Shown: one piece after another, positions 12,124 to 26,422 of the stretch
Layout: each line of letters opens with the position of its first letter
Position numbering within the stretch: the first letter of the stretch is position 1
Notes under the pieces: generated by a model
What the model was told of the DNA's origin: nothing
The model's input: only the letters and a program-made list of their open reading frames with translations
Database searches by the model: none
Made by a program: the position numbers and the translations under genes
Origin: Amoeboaphelidium protococcarum X5
Taxonomy: Eukaryota; Fungi; Aphelidiomycota
Length of the DNA: 64,000 bases
Assembly: GCA_023515725.1 (NCBI GenBank)
Contig: JALDTO010000098.1
Location: 1,638,164 to 1,702,163 of the forward strand
Direction: 5' to 3'

Positions 12124-14592
12124 TCATTCTTAAGAATGCGAAGACTGCGATGTGATGTAGTTATCCACAAAGTCCATGATGTACTCCGAGTCTATGCTCT
12201 GACGCGTTGTACATTCCAGCACGGTTGGTAAATTTCTCGAATTTTCGTGACGATTTCCTTCTACACTAGGGGTGACGGGAACTTCGAGATCATTATCATT
12301 CTCTTTGAGGAGTAGCTCTCTTACTGCACTAAGATTGCTCGTTGTAGACTTCTTATCGGCCATTGCAAACTGGTGATCATTCAACAGCTCCACTGATGCG
12401 GTAGTCGTGCTTATCGAAGTTGACGGAGCGGGAGCAAACTATCGAGCCAGCGATGCTAAAGCCGATAATTCGGACACTGCATGCACATCCGGATCAGTCC
12501 AATTTCTCTTAGTCACGCTAATCTTACTTGCCACGGATGCTGTTGATGTGGTATTTAAGCGATTCAATGGCGATGGCTCCCTCGGAATGACAATGGAGGA
12601 TGCGGCTACTGATATGTATGTGGGTGTCTCATCAGATATTTCAGTTTTAAATTCATCCAAATTCTGTACCTATTCCACATCTTGCATTGTCGATGTCTCA
12701 TCATAGTACTCACTACTCTACTATGGCAAGGGACTGTTTGAATTTTGTCCCTCCTCATCATCTTCACTGTCCACAATTATCTCCTATTGAGTGTCCTTAA
12801 ATACTTGTACTTATTTTTGTGACGCGTAAGGCTGATGTAGAACCGACGCTTGTACATCTTACTGTGGCTATCTTTCTTGAAATTAATGATCAGCGTCTGA
12901 TTCAGAGGCTTGCGTAATGTTGACAGACACTTGAGTTTTATAAGCCTAATTTTGTTACTGCTACTGCTGCTACTACTACTAATACTGATAGTAGTTAAAG
13001 ATCTCAGCAGGCATGATATAGTCTCCTAGTTGAGCGATTGACTTAACGCCATCCTGTGGTATCTTCAAATCACGTAAAGGTATGTAGATAACACTCACAT
13101 TGTCAGTTGAGCCTTTATTTAAAGCAGCATCGACCAGTTTTTCACAAATTAAATGCTCTCTACGCACATCACCAGCCAACGTCTTTTTGACAACATCAAG
13201 AATATCCATAGGCGTCATGACATCTGTAAGACCATCGCAGGCGAGTAAGAGAAAATCTTCATTGCCTTGCAGTTTGTACTCAATCACGTCAGGATCGGGC
13301 CTGACACAGCCGTATTTCAAATCGCCAAATGCTCGACTGACGGCCAGTGCTCCATTGACTCTATCATGATTAACAAAACCTCCTAGTGCTTCAATTCTCA
13401 GCTTTTCCTGATCAAAATACGGCTTGTGAGGCACCACAAAGTCTAACCAAATGCCGTTCTTCAAAAAGAGCATTGCAGACGAATCTCCGACCCAGGATAT
13501 GAAAATCTAATAATTTTATATCAAAGCAACGATCGCTGTTGTGCCACAAGTTTTACTTAGATTATTCTTGTCTGCATATTAGCTCCATTACTGATTTGTA
13601 AGGGCGAAAGATTCTGTCATGCATTTCCTCATGTTCAGATTGAGATTACTATTGAGTCCAATGTTGATGTGGAGACGATTTGCAATAAAGTTGGCACAAT
13701 CTGATCCGCCATGGCCATCGAATATTCCAAATGCAGACAGTGAGTGATCGGGATTCTCATAGCCCAGAAGTTCATTCAAGTAAGGTGCTGCAAAGTGTCG
13801 ATCTTCGTTACTATCTCGGAGACCCTTTTCAGAGTAAGCCACGTGCCTTCCCGCAATAACTGTAGATTTCTATATGATTTTCTTCTTATTATTCACAACT
13901 TGGACCGCGATTGTCTCCAAATAAGACTAGATTAGATTCGTCAACTCTGCTAAATCATAGCCAGCGCGTCCACTCTACTATGCAGCTTAGTATAAATTGT
14001 TGAGCTTTGTTTTCACAGCCTTCAAGACGCGACTTGCAATGACGCTGCACAGCAGATCTTCGTATTGATCATCCTCAACCATCTTCTTTAATCGCGGCGT
14101 AGATTTCAAAAGTGCGCACACTGTCTACAAGCACAGTGGCTATACGTCACTTTACTGAACTCGAGTATTATTGTCATCATTCACAACAGCATCGCCTACT
14201 TCCGGTGCAGACAAATCAGAGCTCTATATATTGATTATTGTGGCATAAACATCTCCAGCACCATGAGCCATTTCATTCATCGATTCGAAAGGCTCCGAGT
14301 TAATCTCTGCGCCATCTAAACCTTAAGAAGCATCGGATGCTGATGATTTGGCACCGAATCCTGCAGACATATTTGTATCTGTGAACGCATGCTTATCTGA
14401 TCGCTTGAATATGCCATTTCTTAATCTTGAAGTAATGTCATTCATCGTTATACGATTAAGAGAGTGATCACTTACAGCGATAGATTTCTCCCTTGTTTCA
14501 GCTGCACTCGATTGATCTTCCATCTCTAGAGTTTTCTTTTTGCCTCTAAACGCCATTCTCATTGATCTCATTCTACTAGGAATTGACTGCAT
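12124..14592 (-). CDS. PP2C (PPM) family protein phosphatase with long disordered termini
   Basis: RDSNEDRH, FGIFDGHGG, RVNGALAVSRAFGD, LLLACDGL, GSTDNVSV. 823 codons in one frame. Confidence 0.9.
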
Positions 14593-17395
14593 TTTTAGTA
14601 TATTAATTAAAATAGGGACTTCAATGGGGGTTTCCGGTTTAAAATATACTTGCGAAATAAATAATTGAATTTGTCCATCAGCTTTCAATCAAGGCAATAT
14701 CCGTTGGTTAAAAATAGACTTTGCATCAATGGAAGCGTCTGAAGATTTATGGTACTTCCGTTTAAAATTTGAACCATCTCATTAGATTTAAATAATGCTG
14801 TATACATGTCAAGTATGGTGTATATTAATCTCTTTAATCTTTGAATTTGCGGATAATCAGAGAAAGTACATTCCTAAGTCAATGGTATATCAGCACTATT
14901 TTACCAGAATTAGAAAGTTGACGATTCATTAGCCCCCAATCACTTCGCCATTATCCACTACGTTACAGCATTTTCACGTTTTCAAGTCGTTTTATGAGTA
15001 AGAGAGAGAGAAATGAAGAGTGTATATCAAGCTAAAGTGCAGGCAATAGAAGGAAGCTAAACTCATCGCAGATCTCCGTAGTCGTCACCAGTGAATCATG
15101 TGGAATGGTAATTGGTATAACTGGCATTACGCCCAAGTACAAACGAAAGTTTAAAAATAAAAGAAGTGGATTGGAAGCTTGACAAACAGGCGTCACTTGA
15201 AGCTAGTTAAATGTAAATGTGATCTATCCAGGTTCCGATTGACGAAAGTGGACTGTGCTAGCTAGTTTTTATTAAGAAGATCATGGATTTTTCTCACTGC
15301 AAAGGCGGCTGATAATAACTTTCAGGTTACTGTCATCAGACGAACAATCAGACTTGTGATATGGCTTGGATACTTAATAATAATAAAAATAATTAATTAC
15401 TCCAACCGTGTCATTGATCTGTTGCTGTTCATCGCCAAGAAGGATGGTAAAAACCGATTGAAATATGCCAGATAATAATGAAAGTAAGTGAAGTATTTAG
15501 AGTATGATTTTATATTATTATTATTATCACTCATGAAGCTCGCGTGTGTAAAAACAAACAAACCGAATTTTAATGGAGGGGGCAAAATCGAGTGATTGTA
15601 TGAGAAAATTATCTCCGTCAGTTCTTATTCGATTTCTTAGCCAATTTTACCATTGGATTAAGCATAAAAAGCATTCCTGAAAATGTTTTTATTTTTTGTA
15701 ATGAAGCTATAACAACGCTCTAAGTTGTACTTGAAGTTTCCACTGTTATCGTGCGCTACTGTTCAATGCGCCCGCTTTGTTTCAAGTCAGTTGTATTAAA
15801 CATTGCAGACTCAGAATCTACTGTACAGTACACAGAAAGTGAGAATATCTGCTAGAATTGCTATTCAGTAGTTATTGGGCATAATAAAAATGAACTATAT
15901 TAGTGAAACTTTTGGTCCACGTCCTTCATAACATACTAAAAATCATATGTCATTTCTCAATAATCAGAGTACTGAGTCGTTAACCTATATCTTTGCTTAC
16001 AATAGAGCGCACCGTTCGTAATTATACAAGATGATCAATCAGAACACTATGTACAAAATGTCCTAGTAAGAGAGTCAGACTCATCTAGTACGAGTGGCGC
16101 AACTTTATACTGTTGGAAGTGATGTCCAGAACGTGTGGCCCTGAACCGATTCGGGAAAAGTCTTTTCACAAGGATCAAGTCGCCACTCTCATTGACTTTT
16201 GATCCTTGAATGATAGACATCAGCCACATGGTGTATACAATTAGTATTTCTTTGTTTCACTTCATTGATATATTTCTACATATACAGCAAAATATCATGC
16301 TTTATGGGCGCAAGAACGTATCATATCTCAGCATGGATTTGATAGAGCGCTGGTTGCGTCGAGTGTCGAACTGGACTTAGTCCCTAGTTAGGATGTCTGG
16401 GACATTACTTGACAGTCCCTTTGGCTAAATCCCATTAACAGTCAATAGCAAAACGCCTTTTGAATCGTCAACATGCTGTGCTCTCTGAGAAAGTGAATTG
16501 TTACTTTAGATAGATTAATAGCATCACTGAGAGGAAAATCCTTACGTATACCAAATATTAAAGTATGTTGATGAGAGCTCTGTTATGCATTGGTCTGGGC
16601 GATAAGCATTTGAACAAGAGGTACGTTTAAGGTGAGTATCTAAAATCCGATCGTCTTCGCTGGATAGAACAATAAAGATTGTCACACCGTAAATATATTA
16701 GGATTAGTAAGTATTCATGGAGCAATACGTGCTTTATGAAAAATTGTAATTGATTTGGAGTACAAAGAGCAAAATCTGGGATGTCGCCTTTGTATCAAAA
16801 ATCGTGTGCATTTGATAGTGATCTCTGTTGCGTTGGGTCGATTATGTCTTAGTCATGATGACATTGATGAAGCTGACGCGTTGAAGCATATACAGTTAAG
16901 GTGGTCCATTTTCATTAATAAAACATAATGAGACTTGATGGCAGTACTTGCACATGAAACTTTGCAATGTACTGATTGAGTTGCTGTTATATTTCTTCGT
17001 TGATAACTCTATCGCAAATTGTTGTTGTCATCCAATATTCCGCCATAGGTGGAATTACAATATTTCGGGCCGCCGAAAAGCTTTAGCTTTACTATTTTAT
17101 TTATGTTCTTATGTTCTTTTCAAGACTATTATTCGGCGCATTGTAAATCAAATTAATCAAAAGGATCAGATGATTTTGAGCGCGTCTGAAACAGCCAATC
17201 AGTATTGACAGTGAATTGGGTGAACGAACACGGTGTGATTCCATTTTTGGAAATCATCAATTTCTCTTTCGTGTTCAGTTCAAGAAATCGAATCAAATAT
17301 TGTTTCAACTATTCTGCTTAATCCCTTTTAGTTAATTATATATTGTGCGTGATTTCTGAAATAATCTTGAGATTTGTTTATAAAAATAAAGAATA

Positions 17396-18343
17396 ATGCC
17401 TGCTACTTATCCGTCATTGAGTTCATCTGAAGCCTCGCCAATCCAGAGTCCTTTGAAAGATTAAATAAATGCTTTTCCTCTACCGACTTGCAGTAATGTC
17501 AGGACTCCACAAAAGTATTATCAGGACCAAGATGGTGTATATAGCACAACAAAAGAGAATCAGGTAAATGAGTAGGAGATGGCTGTCATTATGAAAGGCG
17601 GCGTGGGTAAAGCTAATGATGCAATGTCACTCAACGGTAAAAGTATTGCTGGTGGGGAGTGTTTGTTGTCGCGACCAATCGTCAGCAGAAATGCGTCGCT
17701 TCGTCAGCCCGTTGATCTTCTGAAGGAATCTTTTGGTGAAACGTTTAATGCGCGTGTCGGACGAGGTCGTTCTGTAGCTGGTATAGTGCCGTCGTTTGTT
17801 TATCGAGGATAGTAGACTTCCAATAGTCAAGTTCATGATGTCGGTGTCTAGTTTCTGAGTCAAGATTTCACCAGGAATCTCCTCTACGGCTACCTTACCA
17901 TTAGTGGTCTTACTAACAATCAGGCCACTATTACCACTTGTTTTGAGGCCGAGATAGTGGATGATGTCAATAGCACTTTCCTAACTGGTAAATGGGATAC
18001 TGATGCCTAGATTGATCAAATACATTGGGAGCAGTTTGAATCGTACAAGAAATTGGGCATTGATTTGAATGAGCCATCCGCTATCAATCATCAACGCGTC
18101 AGATCTCAACTCGCCTCCTCTCCTTTCGTGTACATGAGGTGGAAGGAGCGATTCTTGTACCCAGATCACAAGGTGAAGAATATTGACGGTGCATCCTACT
18201 CTGGCTTTTATTACGTGGAGTATAACATTGAGCAGAAACGATTTACCGGCTACTACTACCATCAGAATAGTGAGAGATTCTAGAAGCTCAGTTTGCATCT
18301 GTAGGACGGACAGAAGTCTATATCCTCGTACGAATTTCGCTGA
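17396..18343 (+). CDS. GID4: GID4/VID24 substrate receptor of the GID/CTLH E3 ligase
   Basis: TTCFEAEIVD...KWDTDAQIDQIHWEQF...YMRWKERFLYPDHKVKNIDGASYSGFYY...GYYYHQNSERFQKL...YEFR*. Confidence 0.93.
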
Positions 18344-18652
18344 TTGTTTATATGCGCTTTATATATCACTAAGAAGTTCTCCATTTATATTGCATGATGA
18401 ATAAATAAAGTCATTTCTATCATTTATTCGGTTTAGTATTGTTAGTTGCCACTTGCTCTTGTTCTGATCACGCGACGATTTTTAAAAGCGTTTCATCTTC
18501 AGAATTCCTTTCAGCTTCGCTTTGCTCTTAACCTTACTCACACCTCACTCTTACCAAACAGTTTGTACTTATTATTACACTTTGCCACTTTTAAAAGTTA
18601 AGAGTCTAGCTATATATTCATTTGGAAAATACCTGTTGATATACGTAGAGTA

Positions 18653-19414
18653 ATGACAGAGTTGTAAGAAGTCTAAGCCATCGATTTGGTGAAGAATTAC
18701 TTGCTGGAGAATGGTTACTCTCTAACTTTTCACAGTGTAAACGATTTTGAAGATTCTAGCATGGATGTTGATGGATTGCAGAATAGGTAGAGTAATATCT
18801 TGATTTCTACATTAGATGTTAGGAAGTAATTCAAGTCTTTGATTGAAAATGGATAGATTGATTAGGCTATACAATAAGCATCATAATAGTATCCTGGGAT
18901 AGTCCTGAGCATAAATCAAGTGAAATAGATGGAAAAGTCATCCGTAGACAGCCAGAAAATGCTTGATGTTACATTCAATCTGTATTGCTTAAAGTTTATA
19001 GAAATGGTGCGCTAAAAGTAAGAAAATGAGGCACTCAGATTTGCTAGAGAAGTTCTTGTACTGTTTGGGAATTCTTGCTAATAGTATAAAGAGCAGCTCA
19101 AGACTGTAGTTGCACTGCTGGCATACCAAAATCCTTTGGACAGTCCTGTGGGTTATCTTCTTCATCAGAATCACCGAGAACTTGTAGCATCTCTCCTGAA
19201 TTATGCCATTTTGGGTAAAGAGAATTAAATGACTAATTTGCACATATTGTCGGCACATACATCTTATCTGATCAGAAATAACAAAGTGAATGGCTCTACT
19301 GAAGATACCAAAAAGTGGTCAATTGCAGACTTTATAAATTAGTCGTCTTTTACTGGCGATTCCGATGGTGATCAGCTGCATTTTACCTTTAATCAGAAGT
19401 AGAGTAAATCATGA
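18653..19414 (+). CDS. LisH-CTLH-CRA protein (GID8/TWA1 or RanBP9 C-terminal-like CTLH subunit)
   Basis: LVKNYLLENGY (LisH), RKQFKSLIENGQIDQAI...FNLYCLKFIEMV (CTLH), ALLAYQNPLDSPVGYLL...RELVASLLNYAIL (CRA). Missed by the standard-code track. Confidence 0.85.
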
Positions 19415-19488
19415 AGTAATAGATGCTCTTATAGTATAAATTCCAAAATTAATTCATTTTGCAAAATGTGTCTTTATCAACAATTGAA

Positions 19489-20403
19489 TCAGCTGGCTTG
19501 AGCTCCAGCAGTAAACTTTGGGATCATATTTTCGATAAATTCACCTTGAGCATTTAAACCAATCGGCTCAGTCTCGTTTGGCTTGTATTGCACTTACACA
19601 GGACCCTTCATCTCAATGTTGAACATTCCGCTCTGGTAGATCAACTTCGGCTTGTTAAAGATGCCAATAATCTTGCGCTCGGCATAGAAACAAATCGCGT
19701 AGTTAACATTGGCTTCTAGACGTTCCGGCAATGTCCATACAATCTCAACAAAAGGCTTCAGAGGTCCATACAGTGTAACAATCGTGCCATTAGCGACTTT
19801 TTTCACGTCATCCTTGTTGATACGCATCGATCTCTTACACAGATCCACCCGGAGAGTCTTATTTTGAGACAACTCATCATCCGTGCTGAAAGCAATAGTC
19901 AGATTCTGGCCAGCTTTTACAGAGGAAAATTCGCGAGGACTATACAGCATCTTGACATAATTATTACCTCTGTACTCGTAGCGTCGCTATCCCGAAGCGA
20001 ATGATACAATTCTAAAGAGATCAGAGCGCAGCATCTGCCTTGTTTCGACATTAACCACGGCGACATAGTACAATTCATCATTCTGTCTGACATCGAGCAT
20101 ATCCAGAGTGATGGGCACAGAAATCTTGGTTTTACCAGCCTTGGCTGTCACTTCGATAGGCTTACCAACGATACGATCAGGCAAAATACGCAGAAACCCA
20201 GAGCCATCGTTGTACACCGTGACTCGGTACTTGGTATCAACAGAGGGAGCATCGACCAGAGAGAAGTTGACATATTATTACTTGCCAGCAGTCCAGACGG
20301 TTTCAACATCCGGCTGTTGAAATATCATCCATGGATCCAGAGCAAGAGGGACGACTGAGAGGATCAGACTTGACACAGCAGCAATTTGAAGTAGGCTCAA
20401 CAT
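19489..20403 (-). CDS. Secreted hypothetical protein with two beta-rich domains
   Basis: Signal peptide MLSLLQIAAVSSLILSVVPLA. 305 codons to TGA. Two similar segments (VWTAGKQQYVNF / SVKAGQNLTIAF ... SDLFRI / SGMFNI). Confidence 0.75.
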
Positions 20404-20674
20404 TCTAATTGATTGGAGTATCGATATCACTTATAGTTAGGATTAGATAAAGTAGATAAATATCAAAGTAAAGAAGAGATCGTGTGATATGATATTTCAT
20501 CTTTTATACCCGCGTTGTAAGCCTCTTTATCATCGTGTCACGCTAACGGCAGGGCGCCTCCTGTAACCAAACCATCACCGACTGAAACGGGAAATTTTAG
20601 AAATCTGAAACCAGAATCACTTCCTATCAGAGAAATATCAATTTAATGTTTTTATAGAGACACTACAATTTTCA

Positions 20675-22036
20675 TCATGCACTCTGCTACATGTAGATTG
20701 CAAAGTCATTCTATTGTTCGAGTACTTCCAATCCGGTGAGGGTAGATGCAGCGCTGTACAGAATATTGGCGGTAAGTTGATACCAGAAGCCGCGGTATAG
20801 CTAAGCCAGTCCACCCAAAAATCCCCATAGAAGACCATTTCTCTCAATACGTCGCCGCCGTATAGACTCGGATGATCGATATTACGATGATGAGGAACGC
20901 CGTCTTTATTTAGAGACAGTTCCGATGGCTTCAGAACTAATTATCGTGGCAGCTTGTCGTAGCGCTGACTAGTTCACCTTCTCCGGAACGGAAATACACG
21001 GATACTTGACTACTTGAATAAGATCCGTCTTGACGCCGACATGAGTTTACTCGTACAACATCCTCCGCCTCTGCAAAGTCTAGATGGGCATCACTATAAT
21101 GGCCTAAACTGTTAGAAATCCAACTGAAGCAAGAAACCATTTAAAAAGATCACCCGTTGAAGATTCTACCACCGCAATATCAGAAGGACGCGGTAAATGG
21201 AGAATACGAGAGAGTACGTAAGAATGTGAGGCTTCCATCAAACTAGAGACGATACTCTTCAACATGGTCAATTTAACAGAAGGCCAATGGAAGAAGGAAT
21301 TCAACAGAGAACTCATGCTAATCTCGCCGCTACATAAAGCAGTCAGCGGATTCCTAAAGCATTTTCGCAAAGGATCTCCAGATTGAACAGCAATACGAAC
21401 GCGTGCAATTTCAAGAGGTGCAGTCGATAAATCAGTGACTAGATGGGACGCGACAACAGTGCACAAGTTAGGAACTACTTCAGGGAGATCGACCAATGGA
21501 ATGACGCGCAAATCATAGCAACCAAACTGTTCATTCAGAAAATCTTCAATTACTGGCTGCACAGTTGCCTCTGTGATATCTTTTATGCATTAAAGTGACG
21601 CGCCTCGATATATCGATAGGAATCCCTCTGTGCGGTACTTGATTAGAGTACGCAATGTAGAGTACTAGCTACCGCGAAGGTTAGGCAATTAATACACAGG
21701 CTTACCAGCCAAGATATAACCATTCTAATCTGTCTACAACTTTGTAGGGGATCCATGATATCGCTTAACAGGAGACCCGCCGTCACTGTCATACTCGTAA
21801 TCATCATCATCATCCTCAGTAGCAGCGATTTCAAGCTCTTCGTAATCCTGATCAATAGGAACATTTCTAGGTAGGGATTGAACTTGGTTAAGAGTTTGAG
21901 CCAGCGTGAAAGGATACTATACTAGATTTGCCACAACACTTGTTATCACAATTGACAGCATCCTGGACTTGGCGTCAATCACAGATTCCGCCTTGAACTC
22001 TGCCAAATCCTCTTCACTCAAATTGAACTTTTCCAT
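20675..22036 (-). CDS. UGO1: Ugo1/SLC25A46-like mitochondrial outer-membrane carrier-family fusion protein
   Basis: QYPFTLAQTLNQVQ plus acidic insert, APLEIARVRIAVQ, MPIQTLQRR, LYRGF carrier motifs. Confidence 0.75.
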
Positions 22037-22476
22037 ATTTAAAAAGATAATAATTGCCTTACAGCTTTAAATTGTGTGTAAATCTAACTAGAACGCTCAG
22101 AGCCGCGATATTCTTTACCAGCGACGGAGAGACTCGATTGAAATATACAACGAAGATTCTTTGTTAACTTCACAACGGCGCAGAAATCCTCGACAGGGAA
22201 ATCTTCAGCAGATCTAAACGTGGACAAAAAGTACTCCGCCGCGTCGTTAAAGCCAGAAGGCCGAGGAACGAACGACATAGTTTCTCTCAGCGGTCAGCAG
22301 CAAGCAACTAAAGCTACGCGCTTCTTAACCGGCCATTTACTGCGCGCGATCGTTTGTTCCCTTTCAGAAGTTGATCAAATAGCCGTTGTTTCCCCGGTTC
22401 TTTTAGTCAGTAATAATAAATTCATATAGAGTTGTGATTGTAAATTAAACCTCAGAACATCTATAACACGAATAGA

Positions 22477-24202
22477 ATGACTGTTCTTACATTGCCAATG
22501 AGTGGACAGAGAACCACTGGACAAGACATTAGACAGCAGAATGTTAACGCGGTCATGGCTGTTGCCAACATTTTAAAGAGTAGTCTGGGCCCAGTTGGAT
22601 TGGACAAGATGTTGGTTGATGACATTGGTGTAAGCTATTTTCTATTATATTTATGTACTAATCATTACCCGTATCGGAATTTTATCTAATGCAAGTGTGT
22701 AGGATGTCACTATAAGTAATGATGGCGCGACTATTCTGTCTCTGCTCGAAGTTGAACATCCGGCAGCGAAGGTTCTCGTCGAATTGGCTCAATAACAAGA
22801 CAAGGAAGTTGGTGATGGAACTACAAGTGTTGTCATCTTGGCTGCAGAGTTACTGCGACGTGCTAATGAACTGGTGCGCAACAAGATCCACCCCACCACC
22901 ATCATTACTGGTTACCGTCTGGCTGTGAAGGAGGCGTGTCGATTCATTGCAGAGCATATGGCGGTCAAGGTGGAGAAGTTGGGTAAAGATTGTCTGATGA
23001 ACGCTGCCAAGACGAGTATGTCTAGCAAGATTATCAACACCGAGGCTGATTTCTTTGCCAAAATGGCCGTGGATGCCATGCTGGCCGTGAAGACTGTCTC
23101 TGCGCGTAATGAAGTCAAGTATCCGGTGAAGAGTGTGAATGTGCTCAAGGCTCACGGTCAATCGGCTAAGGAGAGTCAGTTGGTTAATGGCTATGCATTG
23201 AATTGCACCGTCGCCTCTCAGGCTATGAAGACTAAGATTACTGGTGCCAAGATTGCGTGCTTGGATATCAATTTGATGAAGGCCAGAATGCATATGGGTG
23301 TGCACATTGTTGTTGATGATCCTGACAAGTTGGAGGATATTAGAAAGAAGGAGGCTGATATCACTCTGGAGAGGATCAAGAAGATTCTGGCAAGTGGCGC
23401 TAATGTAGTGCTCACCACCAAAGGTATTGATGATATGTGCTTGAAGACTTTTGTTGAGGCAGGTGCTATGGCTGTACGTCGCGTGGACAAGGAGGACATG
23501 AAGAGAATTGCCAAGGCTACTGGTGCCACCATGGTTTCCACACTGGCCAATTTGGAGGGTGAGGAGACTTTTGAGGCTGCGTACTTGGGTAGTGCTGATG
23601 AGGTAGTGCAGGAGAGGATATCCGATGATGAGTGTATTCTGATCAAGGGAACCAAAGCTCACACCTCTGCCAGCATCATCTTGCGTGGACCGAATGACTT
23701 TGCCCTGGAGGAGATGGAGCGTAGTCTGCACGATGTCCTGTGTGTGATCAAGAGAACTCTTGAATCCAATGCTGTGGTGCCTGGTGGTGGAGCTTGTGAA
23801 GCGGCTGTGTCCATCTTTTTGGAGAATTTCGCCACCACCCTGGCAAGTCGTGAACAGTTGGCCATTGCAGAGTATGCTAATGCCATGCTGGTCATTCCAA
23901 AAACGCTGGCCAATAATGCTGCCAAGGATTCTACCGATCTGGTTGCGAAACTTCGTGCCTACCATCACATCTCTCAGACTGCAATCAGTAGTGATGATGG
24001 AAAGCGCGATCTCAAGTGGTATGGTCTGGATCTGATGAAAGGAGAGTTGAGACAGAATCTATAGGCTGGTGTGCTTGAGCCAGCTATGAGTAAAATTAAA
24101 TCTCTGAAGGCTGCCACTGAGGCTGCTATCTCCATCCTTCGCATTGACGACATGATCAAGATTGATCCTCCACCACCTCAGGAAGATCCTCATGCCCACT
24201 GA
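22477..24202 (+). CDS. TCP1: CCT/TRiC chaperonin subunit alpha; intron 22629-22702
   Basis: [18 protein letters not shown]|[31 protein letters not shown]. Two in-frame TAR codons (AQQQD, NLQAG). Confidence 0.98.
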
Positions 24203-24358
24203 GAACTTTATTGAGGTGATCTGTATTTGAATAAAAAATACTTATATTTTCATGTAGGAGTTTGAAAAAGTTTATCTATTTCTATGTCTACAATCTATCG
24301 TTCATACTAAACGGTTTAAAAATATCTTTATCCAAGCAAGGATAGTCCAGTTTTGTAA

Positions 24359-26422
24359 TCATATATTCTCCTATCTAATGTTAAATGTCTTTAACATCAT
24401 CTCTTGTCCACTGCCAGAATCAATAATATCATTTTTCTACTACTTAATCCCATTAAAAGAATTCTCATCTCCAACCTATTGATAATCGGCCGCTTGTTAA
24501 CGCGTTCTATTGCATTTACCACAATAGATCAAACCAAGATATCCACCACAAATCAGTCCTAATGCTAACACAATGTATAGCGACACTGCTAGAAAGGTAA
24601 GCTATCCAGCGATAAGAACCCTTGGATGCACCATATGTGTGCAGTTTGCGCACAACTAACCGTAAAATGTCAATTAATATCCCTCAAGTGTACCCGTCAT
24701 ATCAGCGTTCACCATGTCTTCAATGATCAGAGTCCACACACCCTCCACAGGCTCACCCCAATGCTTTACAGTGGTGAAGGTCCAATTTCTAAAGCCATCT
24801 ATTGAATAATCAGAAAAGCGTCTCTTTCCCAATAAAGACTCTACGTTATTAGGTGATCGTAGTTTAAATGATAAATCGCCTCTCTTCTGGTGCTCAACGT
24901 GTACCGTAACGGTGACATGCTCGATCAGACCAAACTAGCTTGATTTTGCCTACTGAGGAGTCACTTCATGTGATACCTCAAGTCCTTAGTTTGCATAAGG
25001 AATTTGATATTTAGTGACGTGGTAATGGGATTAGACTGATACCTGAGGAGATACGAGAGTCCAGTTACGAGCATTTTCTACAAGCTGATACGCATCCAAC
25101 TTGCCATATCCATATGAATTAGAGTACATTCGCCCGGAGTATGTTAAAGACCACGACTCGTCACCCTGGGACACTGGCACTGAAGAACGCACGGTAAGAT
25201 GCTGGATATCCCGCCAAGTCAAATCAGGGCGGATCTATAATGCAAGTGCAATCATTCCAGCAACAAGAGGCCCCGCAGCACTAGTGCCAGTGTGCTTATC
25301 AGTGCACATATGTGGGCGAATATCTGTGGTACATATTGCACTCTGCTAGTTCCCACTGTAGCTACTTGTCAACAGGGCAGAACAAGACTCAGAGTACTAT
25401 TAGTGCTAATTCTTGCGATCAATAGCCCCAACTGATACGGTATATATACTGTTAACATAGCCATCGTAATTGCAGTCATCATCCATACGGCCTCCGTTGC
25501 CACTAGCAAAGATGAATATTGAGCCGAGACCATTCCTCCCAGTTGTTATACCATTCTTCAAAGCTGATTATACCAGCGCATTCGGACCATCTACATGCTA
25601 CCCATCATCGAGTGGACCCCAGCTACAGGAATAAATGTCATTGATTTGAGAAGCGAAATTCACTGCCAGAGCTTCATCCGTGTCTGTGGTGACTTTAGAC
25701 AGCAGCCGAATACCAGAGATCTTCGCATCAAAAGCTACTCCAATACCACATTTACTATTTCGAGCTGCTGCCACTTCGCCAGCACATCTAGTACCATGTG
25801 TATCATCTTGGAGACGGGGCATCGGTAAATCCACCCTATCATTAAAATCATACGATCCCTCTTTGCTAAAATTAGGCGCGATATCGTCATGAAGATAATC
25901 TACTCCATCATCGATAATTGCAACCGTAACATTTTAGCCAGTGACTCCGCTAAGCCAGACATCAGTCACATTGATATCGTTATACAATTGCTATCTGTTA
26001 ATCAAATGCCACTGCCGCTCAAAATCCGGATCGCTGATATTAAGTCTCTCCTGCACATACGTCAGCATTGTTTCATCGGCGTGCGGCTGAGGCGTTGATC
26101 GCTTATTCAACATCTTGCGCTCTGAAACGATCAAGTATCCAAAGTGTTTCCCGATCATCCCATCGATATCGGTGATTAGTGACCGTTTATGAGACCACAG
26201 GTAATGTCCTTATAGAGCTCCAATCTGTCCATTCAGTACAAGCCCTTGGTCTTGCAGCTGTTTCAGTTTCTGAAAGCACGAGTAGCTAGAACTTGATTGC
26301 TCACACTCCAGAACTGATGCTGCAAAATACCTGGAAACATCACCCTGATCAAGAGGTGGATGTTAGGTGATCTGTTTAATCTACGAATTCCCAAGGAGCA
26401 AATAATATATCCAGCTAAGCAT
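24359..26422 (-). CDS. KEX2: Kexin/furin-like S8B protease, paralogue A
   Basis: [40 protein letters not shown] domain and C-terminal TM. 688 codons. Confidence 0.92.

Noticed and set aside
22084-22400. GC-richer stretch between UGO1 and TCP1 as an ncRNA (RNase P/MRP) or small ORF
   Set aside because: No convincing conserved RNA motifs; most simply a bidirectional promoter or 5' UTR.
22850-23968. 372-aa minus-strand ORF
   Set aside because: Antisense shadow of TCP1 caused by its codon bias; no motifs.
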